Of a stretch of DNA of 24,456 nt, positions 1 through 7,954 are shown in pieces. A program made the translations under genes and the position numbers. Source of the stretch: an uncultured Candidatus Saccharibacteria bacterium (GTDB taxonomy: Bacteria; Patescibacteriota; Minisyncoccia; Phycocordibacterales; CAIJYI01); contig CAZRNX010000001.1 in NCBI GenBank assembly GCA_964601555.1, positions 1-24,456 on the forward strand. Reading direction: 5' to 3'. The notes beneath the pieces were generated by a model. The model searched no databases. It was not told the origin of the DNA and worked only from the letters and a program-made list of their open reading frames with translations. Within the stretch, counting starts at the first letter, position 1, and each line of letters opens with the position of its first letter.

Positions 1-15
1 TGAGATGAGTTTCAT
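1..15 (-). CDS. 5' end of a gene running off the left edge (MKLIS...)
   Basis: ATG at 15 on the minus strand, 6 nt downstream of a TTGCTC-N17-TATGCT promoter-like motif (-35 at 45-50, -10 at 22-27). Only 5 codons are visible. Confidence 0.4.
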
Positions 16-65
16 ATGGATAGCATAAGTGAGAAAAGTTGTTGGAGCAAGGGCTATGAATCGTC

Positions 66-91
66 AAAAAAGAACGCCCCGTTAGGGGCGT
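66..91 (-). terminator. Intrinsic terminator after the small membrane protein gene
   Basis: 7-bp stem ACGCCCC/GGGGCGT with a 4-nt loop containing the ORF stop codon, followed on the minus strand by TCTTTTTT. Confidence 0.7.
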
Positions 92-228
92 CTGTTTTGC
101 CACCCGGCGGCTAGTACGGCAACTATCGTACACACCAGCGCGGTGGGGAGTTGAGGGGTCTGGAACACAAACAAAGCAATAAAGCTGATAATACCACCGA
201 CTATACCATAGAGCAAATACCATTTCAT
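82..228 (-). CDS. Small two-helix membrane protein (48 aa)
   Basis: MKWYLLYGIVGGIISFIALFVF...LVCTIVAVLAAGWQNRRP has two hydrophobic segments. Start moved to the ATG at 228, which follows an AAGGTG SD-like motif. Confidence 0.6.
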   Translation of the reverse strand: MKWYLLYGIVGGIISFIALFVFQTPQLPTALVCTIVAVLAAGWQNRRP

Positions 229-278
229 AACGCACCTTTCGTGTGGGGACTGAAAACAAAATAGCACAGGTACACAGT

Positions 279-1280
279 TTACGCAACGCGCCCCTCAAAC
301 CACTCTACCGTTCGTTTCATGCCTTCGTCAAATTTTATTTTTGGACTGTATCCAAGAAGTTTTTTCGCTTTTGAGATGTCAGCATGAGTGTGCCGGACGT
401 CGCCGATCCTTGTCGGGCGTTTTTCTAGTTCAAGTTTCCTGCCCGTGTATTTTTCAATAATCTTTTTCACGTCATTCACCTCCGTTCGTTCGCCGTGCGC
501 GATGTTGAACGCTTCGCCGCCGAAATTCTTTTTTGACTGCATGGCAAGAATATTCGCCAACACAACGTTATCGACGTAGCAGAAGTCTCGCGATTGGCTG
601 CCGTCGCCCTCGAGGAATGCACGCTTCTTTTTCGGGAAATACACCGCTTCAAGCCAGGCGGAAATGACGGTTGAGTAAGGCGAGTCACCGTATTGTCCGG
701 GGCCGAAAACATTGAAATAGCGAAGTGATACGGTGTCGAGCCCGAGCAGTTCGCTGAAGTTTTTACAAAAAATTTCCCCGACATATTTCTGCGTTGCGTA
801 GGGAGATCTTGGGTCCGGCATGTTCGTACTCTCATTGGTCGGAAGTTTTTTCGCCCCGCCATAGATAGATGACGACGAAGAATAGATAAACCTTTTCACG
901 CCATGTTTTTTCGCTACTTCAAGAAGTGCGACAGTGCCGACGATATTCGCTTCACTTGTTTCGCGCGGATGCTCGACGGAGTAAGACACTCTCGGCAGTG
1001 CGGCAAAATGAAAAACATATTCCGGCTTGTGTTTTGCGAAAACTTTTTCGAGCAAATTTTTATCCAAAATAGTTCCCTTGTAAAAAACAAACGAAGCAGA
1101 GCCGAGGGAACCGAAAGGCGGCAGAGAACCCTCTCGTCCCGTAGAAAGATCATCAATCCCGACAATACTAATCCCAACAATACTTGCTGATGGGAATTTC
1201 TTTACGAATTGCTTCACGAAGTTAGAACCGATGAATCCGGCACAGCCGGTTACGAGGATTGTTTTTGTCATGTTTGTCAT
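279..1280 (-). CDS. NAD-dependent nucleotide-sugar epimerase/dehydratase (extended SDR, GalE/WbpP-like)
   Basis: ILVTGCAGFIGS Rossmann motif, HFAA, YSSSSSIYG, catalytic YATQK (YxxxK), LRYFNVFGP, RDFCYVDNV. Confidence 0.93.
   Translation of the reverse strand: MTNMTKTILVTGCAGFIGSNFVKQFVKKFPSASIVGISIVGIDDLSTGREGSLPPFGSLGSASFVFYKGTILDKNLLEKVFAKHKPEYVFHFAALPRVSYSVEHPRETSEANIVGTVALLEVAKKHGVKRFIYSSSSSIYGGAKKLPTNESTNMPDPRSPYATQKYVGEIFCKNFSELLGLDTVSLRYFNVFGPGQYGDSPYSTVISAWLEAVYFPKKKRAFLEGDGSQSRDFCYVDNVVLANILAMQSKKNFGGEAFNIAHGERTEVNDVKKIIEKYTGRKLELEKRPTRIGDVRHTHADISKAKKLLGYSPKIKFDEGMKRTVEWFEGRVA
1155..1184. repeat. 15-bp tandem duplication inside the epimerase (SIVGI-SIVGI)
   Basis: AATCCCGACAATACT followed directly by AATCCCAACAATACT, one mismatch. 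Confidence 0.85.
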
Positions 1281-1359
1281 GAGTTTAAGAATAACGAAAT
1301 TTCAATTTTCTTCAAACAAAAGGCCGCTATAAGAAGCGGCACAAAAAGAGAACTGAGAA

Positions 1360-2058
1360 CTATAAGATATGGAGCGGAAGTACAGAGCATGCGTGGTGCT
1401 GGTATCTGCTTCCACGCTCTGCCACTTCCCGCGCTTCCAAGTACCTACGCCTTTCTCTCTCGTCTTTTGGTTGCATATACTGGAGCGGGGTACGGTTGAT
1501 GAAGTATCTTTCTGTTCCCTCAATGCCAGTCATGGCATCAAGCTCTGCGCCGCTATTCTCTACAACCGCAATCTTCTCTCTTCTCAAACACCGCCCGGAA
1601 GATGCGAGCACTAACGCCTTTCTTTGTTTCGTAGGCACATATATGATTTCGGAAAGAAGGTGAGCAATCTGGCACGCGGTTGCTTTATATCGTTGCCACG
1701 CCGGATTCCCCGCGGTCATCAATATGATTTCCCACCCTCTTTCTTGAGCTACTTCCAGGAAGCGGAGGGAGTCATTAAAGAGATAGCGCGCCAAATTTGC
1801 AAACTGTTCCGAGAGAAGCATTTGTATTTCATGGAGCGGAAAGCGTCGCAGTGAAAGCTTGGCCATTTCTCGCATGTGAAGATCAAGTGTGTAACCAACC
1901 TCGGTTGCGCTTCTGTACGAGCGTTCCCAGTTACGCTCCCAAAGAACGTCTTTCGCCCGAAATTGCGGCAGTGCGCCTGGAAGATCGCAATGAAAGAATC
2001 TATCCGTGTCCAAAAGCGTGTGGTCAAGGTCGAGAACCAGAAGTTTTTTGCTTTTCAT
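1360..2058 (-). CDS. HAD-superfamily hydrolase/phosphatase (232 aa)
   Basis: N-terminal motif I LLVLDLDHTLLD and motif II-like LMTAG. The start at 2058 overlaps the upstream stop (TAATG), so the longer called N-terminus is probably spurious. Confidence 0.8.
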   Translation of the reverse strand: MKSKKLLVLDLDHTLLDTDRFFHCDLPGALPQFRAKDVLWERNWERSYRSATEVGYTLDLHMREMAKLSLRRFPLHEIQMLLSEQFANLARYLFNDSLRFLEVAQERGWEIILMTAGNPAWQRYKATACQIAHLLSEIIYVPTKQRKALVLASSGRCLRREKIAVVENSGAELDAMTGIEGTERYFINRTPLQYMQPKDERERRRYLEAREVAERGSRYQHHACSVLPLHIL

Positions 2059-2603
2059 TATTCTTCCACCACTGTTCGCACCGGGAGAATGAGCGGCGCC
2101 CGTACTCGGAGCATTACTTCTGTCCTGTTGCCGTATTGCGTTCGCATCCCGACAATGCCTTCCCCGAAAGTCTCGGCATATACCTTGAGCGCATTGAAAT
2201 TGAACGCGTACACCCACACGATAAAAGTAATATGGCTTTCAATGCGGTTGTTATGCGCCTTCGTCCATGATGCTATTTCTCGCATGCTTTCCGAAATAAT
2301 TTTCGGCCCGATTTTGCACCCCTGCCACTTCTTCCCCACGCCGACCTGTTCGAGTTCCATAACCGGTTCGGACCGCAAGAATCCTCCATGCATTTGCCAG
2401 CCAATATAGCCAAGTATCGTACCGTCAGTATTTTCTGCTACAAAATACTGATAGACGGGGAAGGCGCGGAAAAGAGAAAATACCCACCGTTGCGCATCTT
2501 CTTCACTTCCGCGATGTCCGAGAAATATCTCGGCGTTTATTCTCGCTATGGCGAGTATGTCACCCTCAACAGCTCGACGAACAACACAACACTGTATATT
2601 CAT
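2058..2603 (-). CDS. GNAT-family N-acetyltransferase
   Basis: VRRAVEGDILAIARI start, YFVAE...ILGYI, acetyl-CoA motif A-like ELEQVGVGKKWQGCKIG. GAGGT SD upstream. Confidence 0.82.
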   Translation of the reverse strand: MNIQCCVVRRAVEGDILAIARINAEIFLGHRGSEEDAQRWVFSLFRAFPVYQYFVAENTDGTILGYIGWQMHGGFLRSEPVMELEQVGVGKKWQGCKIGPKIISESMREIASWTKAHNNRIESHITFIVWVYAFNFNALKVYAETFGEGIVGMRTQYGNRTEVMLRVRAPLILPVRTVVEE

Positions 2604-2689
2604 AAGTTACCTCGTATGAAACACCTTCTTCTTTTGATAACGGGGACAAAAAACAATAGTTACGCGTACTTTTTATCCACAATTTACAT

Positions 2690-2812
2690 TTGACTGCTCT
2701 TTTTTAGAGAGTAGTATGGTTTGAAATGGGTCAAAAAACAAACATCCGTAAGGCAGGAAAAAAGAAGGGACAAGTATCCCATTAACGCCCGCTTCAAGAG
2801 CGGCATTTTTTT
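2690..2812 (+). promoter_or_regulatory. carA promoter and leader with a short ORF and terminator-like hairpin
   Basis: TTGACT-N16-TAGTAT (2690-2717); 19-codon ORF 2726-2785; CCGCT/AGCGG hairpin 2789-2803 followed by T7 (2806-2812), ending 10 nt before the carA ATG. Confidence 0.5.
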
Positions 2813-2822
2813 ATCATAAAAC

Positions 2823-3983
2823 ATGAAACTCATTCTTGAAGACGGTACGGTATTTGCGGGCAAAAATTTCGGCGCCGATGTGCGAGCCGAAGGGGAAGTT
2901 GTATTTACAACCGGGATGGTGGGGTATGTGGAGAGCCTTTCGGACCCGTCGTATGCGGGGCAGATTCTCGTTTTCACAACACCCTTAGTCGGCAATTATG
3001 GCGTTCCGGATAGAGAGTTTTTCGAATCGGGCAGGGTGCAGGCGGCGGGGGTGATAGTTTCGGAATACAGCGAGAATTATTCCCATCATACCGCCGAGCG
3101 CTCGCTCTCTCGCTGGCTTACAGAAGCAGGAATTCCCGCCATTACCGGCATAGACACACGCGCGTTGACGAAAAAATTGCGCACGTACGGGGTGATGTTG
3201 GGGTCGATCGTGCACGACAAGCAGATGCCCAAAAACCAAAAGCCATTGAATGATCCCAACGATGAGAATCTTGTCGCGCGGGTGAGCATTACAAGACCTC
3301 AAACGTATGGCAACGGGCCACTCAAAATTATCGCGGTTGATTGCGGAATAAAAGAAAATATCATTCGGAAGCTTACTCGTCCCGATACAACCGTCACACG
3401 CGTGCCATGGGATTATGATTTCACCCGCGAGACATACGACGGCATTGTTTTTGGGAATGGTCCCGGAGATCCGACGGCGTGTACTCCCACCATCAAGCAC
3501 ATTAGAAGAATATTTACACAAGAAAGTAAGAAAGAGAGAAGTAGGCAAAGACCGATGTTGGGGATTTGCTTGGGCACTCAACTCATGGCACTCGCGGCGG
3601 GAGCGAAAACTTACAAGCTCAAATTCGGCCATCGTTCGCAGAATCAGCCGTGTTTACTAGATAACCACCAGACACCAAAATTTTCAAGTCCTCGGAGTGC
3701 CCAGACATTGAAAATTTTGGTGTCTGGTGGTTCACTGCCACAACGCTGTTACATCACTTCCCAAAATCATGGATTTGCCGTGGAAGAGAAGTCGCTCCCG
3801 AAAGATTGGAGCGTGTGGTTTACAAATGCGAACGATGGGAGTGTAGAGGGCATAAGACACAAGACCTCTCCCTGGCAAGCGGTGCAGTTTCATCCTGAAG
3901 CTTCCCCGGGACCCACGGATACAGGGTGGATATTTGACGATTTTCTGAAGATGGTGAGAGAGTATAAAAAAAATGGGAAATAA
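2823..3983 (+). CDS. carA: Carbamoyl-phosphate synthase small (glutaminase) subunit
   Basis: GEVVFTTGMVGY, SDPSYAGQIL, GIDTRALT, NGPGDP, nucleophile GICLGTQ, ITSQNHGFAV, QFHPEA. Confidence 0.97.
   Translation: MKLILEDGTVFAGKNFGADVRAEGEVVFTTGMVGYVESLSDPSYAGQILVFTTPLVGNYGVPDREFFESGRVQAAGVIVSEYSENYSHHTAERSLSRWLTEAGIPAITGIDTRALTKKLRTYGVMLGSIVHDKQMPKNQKPLNDPNDENLVARVSITRPQTYGNGPLKIIAVDCGIKENIIRKLTRPDTTVTRVPWDYDFTRETYDGIVFGNGPGDPTACTPTIKHIRRIFTQESKKERSRQRPMLGICLGTQLMALAAGAKTYKLKFGHRSQNQPCLLDNHQTPKFSSPRSAQTLKILVSGGSLPQRCYITSQNHGFAVEEKSLPKDWSVWFTNANDGSVEGIRHKTSPWQAVQFHPEASPGPTDTGWIFDDFLKMVREYKKNGK
3663..3732 (+). repeat. 70-bp palindromic element in-frame within carA
   Basis: Perfect 25-bp inverted repeat (3663-3687 and 3708-3732) around the 20-nt spacer GTCCTCGGAGTGCCCAGACA. 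Confidence 0.95.
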
Positions 3984-6900
3984 ACATAAAATCAAAAAAG
4001 TGCTTCTCCTCGGTTCCGGGGGGTTGAAGATTGGCCAGGGAGGAGAGTTTGACTATTCCGGATCGCAGGCGATTAAGGCGCTCAAGGAGGAGGGGGTTCG
4101 AGTCGTGTTGATTAATCCCAATATCGCAACTGTGCAAACGGACCCCGGACTCGCCGATATGGTATATTTCCTCCCGCTCACGCTTCCGTTTGCGAAAAAA
4201 GTGATTGAGAAAGAACGGCCAGACGCAATACTTTTAAGCTTTGGCGGACAGAGTGCGCTTAATTTGGGACTCGAACTCGACAAGGGGGGTGTTTTGAAAA
4301 AATATCACATGAGAGTGCTCGGCACTCCTGTTTCTGCTATTCAAGACACGGAAGATCGGGAGCTTTTCATCAAGCGCCTGAAAGAGATTGGCGTGAAGAC
4401 GGCAAAGAGTTTCGCGGCAAGAAATGTTCGTGCCGCGCTCCGTGCCGCCGAGAAAATAGGATACCCGGTAATGATGAGATCGGGATTCGCGCTCGGCGGA
4501 GAAGGTTCGGGTGTTTTAAAAAATTCCAAAGAACTTACACAGAGGGCGATGGAAGCTTTTCGAACCACGACGCAAGTGCTCATCGAAGAATATTTACTAG
4601 GCTGGAAGGAAGTTGAGTACGAAGTAGTGCGCGATTCGGCTGATAATTGTGTCGTCGTCTGCAACATGGAGAATCTCGATCCCATGGGCATTCACACCGG
4701 AGAGAGCATGGTGGTTGCGCCGTCGCAAACACTCACAAACGAGGAGTATCACAGACTTCGCGAGATTGCGATCCAAACAGTGCGGCACTTGGGGATTGTT
4801 GGAGAGTGCAATATTCAATACGCGCTTCATCCCAAGACTGGCGACTACCGCGTTATTGAAGTGAATGCGAGACTTTCTCGATCGTCCGCGCTGGCGTCAA
4901 AAGCAACGGGCTATCCGCTTGCATTCGTGGCGGCAAAAATCGCGCTTGGATCAACGCTTCCGAATCTCACCAATGCGGTGACGAAAACAACGAGCGCGTG
5001 TTTCGAACCGGCGCTTGACTATCTCGTGCTTAAATTGCCGCGCTGGGATCTCGGGAAATTTGAAAATGCATCCGCGCGCATCGGAACGGAAATGAAAAGC
5101 GTGGGTGAGGTGATGGCGATCGGGAGAAGCTTCGAGGAGGTATTGCAAAAAGGACTTCGCATGCTCTGCGTAGGCGCGGACGGCCTCACGGCCAACCGCA
5201 ATGCGAAGTTTGTCATACGGGATTTCGCCGCTGAAATTAAAAATCCCACCCCCCGGCGCGTGTTTGCAATAGCAGAAGCTCTGCGCGCGGGGTGGAGTGT
5301 GAAAAAAATCCACAAACTCTCGTGGATTGATCCGTGGTTTCTGGAAAAAATGAAAAATATTATCAAGATTGAGCAGAGTCTAAGAAACTGTCCGGAAAGC
5401 TTGTTCTCACGGACACGCGTCGCCTCGCCCCGCGAGCGAGGCGCGCTCTTCTCGTCCTCGCTCTCCGCCAGTGGCGGAACCATGCCCGCTCGGACTGCGA
5501 AAGTTCCGCTCAAACAACTTTCCAGCCAGTTTCTTCAGCTTCTTTTAGACGCAAAGAAACATGGCTTTGCTGATGTGCAGATCGCAGAGGCAACTGGGAG
5601 CACGGAAGAAGAGATTAGGGCATTGCGCATCCGGAAGAAAATTCTGCCGGCCGTAAAGCAGATCGATACGCTTGCCGGAGAATTTCCCGCGCAGACTAAC
5701 TACCTCTACCTCACATATCATGGAAGTGAAAATGATGTTGCGCCCACCGAAAGTAACAGGGCAAAAAATATTATCGTACTAGGGAGCGGGCCGTATTCGA
5801 TCGGCTCATCAGTGGAGTTCGATTGGTCAAGTGTGCAGGCGCTAAAAACGCTGAAAGCCGAGGGGCACATAACAATAATGATCAATTACAACCCTGAAAC
5901 CGTCTCCACTGATTACGATGAATCGAGCCGGCTGTATTTCGAGGAGCTCTCGCTCGAACGCGTTCTTGATATTGTGGAATTTGAGAAACCAAAAGGCGTA
6001 GTGATTTCCATGGGAGGACAGATTCCAAACAACCTCGCAATGCCACTTTCCAAAAATAAATCCCTCGGCAGTACACGTATTTTAGGCACCGACCCGAAAA
6101 ATATAGACCGTGCGGAAGACCGGAAGACATTTTCAGACTTACTCGATCGCATTGGCGTCGACCAGCCTCTGTGGGCAAAGCTTTCAACAGAGGAAAAAGC
6201 GCTTCAGACGGCGGAAGAGTTCGGGTATCCGCTTCTCGTGCGGCCGTCGTATGTTCTCTCAGGCGCCGCGATGAGCGTCGCATTCGATCGAGATTCACTT
6301 TTGAAATGTTTAAGGCGAGCCACGGATGTGTCCGCAGAGCATCCGGTGGTGATTTCCAAATTTATCGAAAATGCGCGTGAAATAGAAATAGACGGAGTTG
6401 CGACAAAGGGCGAACTCACCATTTACGCCATTACGGAGCATGTAGAGAACGCGGGCACGCATTCTGGCGATGCGACGGTAGTTATGCCTCCCCAGCACAC
6501 CTATCTTGAAACAATCCGGCGCGCGAAGCATATCACCCGCGAGGTTGTGAAAGAGTTGAGCGTCACCGGTCCCTTCAATATCCAGTTTCTCGCAAAAGAA
6601 AATCGTCTGCAGGTAATCGAGTGTAATGTCCGCGCGTCTCGGAGCTTTCCGTTCATTTCGAAAGCGTCAGGGTATAACTTCGCCGAACTTGCCACACGCG
6701 CGCTACTTGGGAAAGATATTTCGGGAGAATATAGAACGGTTGACCTAGACTATTGTGCGGTGAAGTCGCCGCAGTTCTCCTACCGTCGCATCAAAGGGGC
6801 CGACCCGCTCGCATACGTTGAGATGGCTTCAACGGGCGAGGTCGCGTGTTTCAGTGAATCGTACTCAGAGGCACTTCTCCAGTCCATGCAAGCCGCGGGG

Positions 6901-7362
6901 TTTCGCTTGCCCAAAAAAAATATTCTCATTTCACTCGGCAAAGAAGAAAACAAGGTGAAACTTCTTCCCGCGCTCGAAAAATTTGTCCGATTCGGACTGA
7001 ATATTTTTGCAACAGAACACACAGCAGACTTTTTGCAGAGTCACAATATTGCCTGCACAAAAGTGTATAAGATTCACACAAAGAAAGAACCGAACGTGTC
7101 CGGCTTGTTCGAGAATGACAATACAAAAGGCGGGAGGAGTAGCAAGAAAGGGAAGTTAGACCTCATCATCAACATCCCCGCTTCCGCACTCGCGCGGGAT
7201 TCAAAAGACGGCTTCATCATTCGCAGGAAAGCGGTAGACCTCAATATTCCGCTTATCACCAATCGCCAGCTTGCAGAGGCGTTCATCCTTGCTTTTTCGG
7301 AAATGAAAGAGCGCGGCCGAAACGGCGACTTCGAAGTCAAGCCGCGAGGAGAGTATAGATGA
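3973..7362 (+). CDS. carB: Carbamoyl-phosphate synthase large subunit
   Basis: LGSGGLKIGQGGEFDYSG, two ATP-grasp halves (NMENLDPMGIHTGES, EHVENAGTHSGD), SGPYSIGSSVEFD, C-terminal MGS-like domain. Overlaps carA by 11 nt. Confidence 0.97.
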   Translation: MGNKHKIKKVLLLGSGGLKIGQGGEFDYSGSQAIKALKEEGVRVVLINPNIATVQTDPGLADMVYFLPLTLPFAKKVIEKERPDAILLSFGGQSALNLGLELDKGGVLKKYHMRVLGTPVSAIQDTEDRELFIKRLKEIGVKTAKSFAARNVRAALRAAEKIGYPVMMRSGFALGGEGSGVLKNSKELTQRAMEAFRTTTQVLIEEYLLGWKEVEYEVVRDSADNCVVVCNMENLDPMGIHTGESMVVAPSQTLTNEEYHRLREIAIQTVRHLGIVGECNIQYALHPKTGDYRVIEVNARLSRSSALASKATGYPLAFVAAKIALGSTLPNLTNAVTKTTSACFEPALDYLVLKLPRWDLGKFENASARIGTEMKSVGEVMAIGRSFEEVLQKGLRMLCVGADGLTANRNAKFVIRDFAAEIKNPTPRRVFAIAEALRAGWSVKKIHKLSWIDPWFLEKMKNIIKIEQSLRNCPESLFSRTRVASPRERGALFSSSLSASGGTMPARTAKVPLKQLSSQFLQLLLDAKKHGFADVQIAEATGSTEEEIRALRIRKKILPAVKQIDTLAGEFPAQTNYLYLTYHGSENDVAPTESNRAKNIIVLGSGPYSIGSSVEFDWSSVQALKTLKAEGHITIMINYNPETVSTDYDESSRLYFEELSLERVLDIVEFEKPKGVVISMGGQIPNNLAMPLSKNKSLGSTRILGTDPKNIDRAEDRKTFSDLLDRIGVDQPLWAKLSTEEKALQTAEEFGYPLLVRPSYVLSGAAMSVAFDRDSLLKCLRRATDVSAEHPVVISKFIENAREIEIDGVATKGELTIYAITEHVENAGTHSGDATVVMPPQHTYLETIRRAKHITREVVKELSVTGPFNIQFLAKENRLQVIECNVRASRSFPFISKASGYNFAELATRALLGKDISGEYRTVDLDYCAVKSPQFSYRRIKGADPLAYVEMASTGEVACFSESYSEALLQSMQAAGFRLPKKNILISLGKEENKVKLLPALEKFVRFGLNIFATEHTADFLQSHNIACTKVYKIHTKKEPNVSGLFENDNTKGGRSSKKGKLDLIINIPASALARDSKDGFIIRRKAVDLNIPLITNRQLAEAFILAFSEMKERGRNGDFEVKPRGEYR
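5382..5535 (+). repeat. 154-bp imperfect palindromic element in-frame within carB
   Basis: Arms AAGAAACTG-tcc-GGAAAG-c-TTGTT and AACAA-CTTTCC-agc-CAGTTTCTT, with internal hairpins CGCCTCGC/GCGAGGCG and TCCGCC/GGCGGA. Confidence 0.75.
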
Positions 7363-7367
7363 TCTAT

Positions 7368-7946
7368 TTATTTCTCCGGCAGCCAGCGCTTTTTGAGCGG
7401 AATAAAGGCGAGGGAAACGAGGGTCAAGAGAAATCCGGCAATAAGCACGCGCGTCATATCAAGATATACAAGCGATGATCCGAAGTAGGCAAAGAGAATC
7501 GTGGAGGGGAGAACCCCGAGAAATGTTCCCAAGACGTACGAGCGAAGTGTCACAGTGGTGAGGCCGAATGCGAAGTTAAGCGCTCCCGGGGGGAAAATCG
7601 GCAAGAGGCGCAGAAAAAATACAACAGCAAAACCGTTTTTCTCGATCTTTTTTTCATACTCTGCGAGTCCCTCGATAGTGCGCGTATGGGACCGAAAGAA
7701 CCCTCGTCCGAAATATCGCGCCGTCGCGAAAGAAATGGTTGCGCCGACCGTACCGGAAACGAGAGTGTAGACGGTTCCCAGAACGGGCCCAAAAAGCACA
7801 AGCCCAATGAGCATGAGAGGAAGTCCTGGCGCCATGACAGCGATGGCGAGGGAGTAGAAGACCATATACGCAACCGGCGCAAGCGCACCGTACGCGCGGA
7901 TCGTTTCCTGAAACGCATCGAGATTATATGTAAAGTAATTTTCCAT
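7368..7946 (-). CDS. TVP38/TMEM64 (DedA/SNARE-associated) family membrane protein
   Basis: GxxFGPVLGTVY...GATISFATARYFGR, FFLRLLPIFP, LNFAFGLT, YVLGTFLGVLP; several hydrophobic helices. Confidence 0.88.
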   Translation of the reverse strand: MENYFTYNLDAFQETIRAYGALAPVAYMVFYSLAIAVMAPGLPLMLIGLVLFGPVLGTVYTLVSGTVGATISFATARYFGRGFFRSHTRTIEGLAEYEKKIEKNGFAVVFFLRLLPIFPPGALNFAFGLTTVTLRSYVLGTFLGVLPSTILFAYFGSSLVYLDMTRVLIAGFLLTLVSLAFIPLKKRWLPEK

Positions 7947-7954
7947 GTGTTTGT

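Noticed and set aside
1085-1135. Slightly long loop in the epimerase with GAGGG/CCCTC and CC-GAAA-GG pairings
   Set aside because: The stems are too short to count as another palindromic element.
2741-2760. ATCCGTAAGGC as a possible PyrR binding loop
   Set aside because: It is shorter than the ARUCCNGNGAGGYU consensus and does not fit it; no anti-antiterminator architecture is evident.
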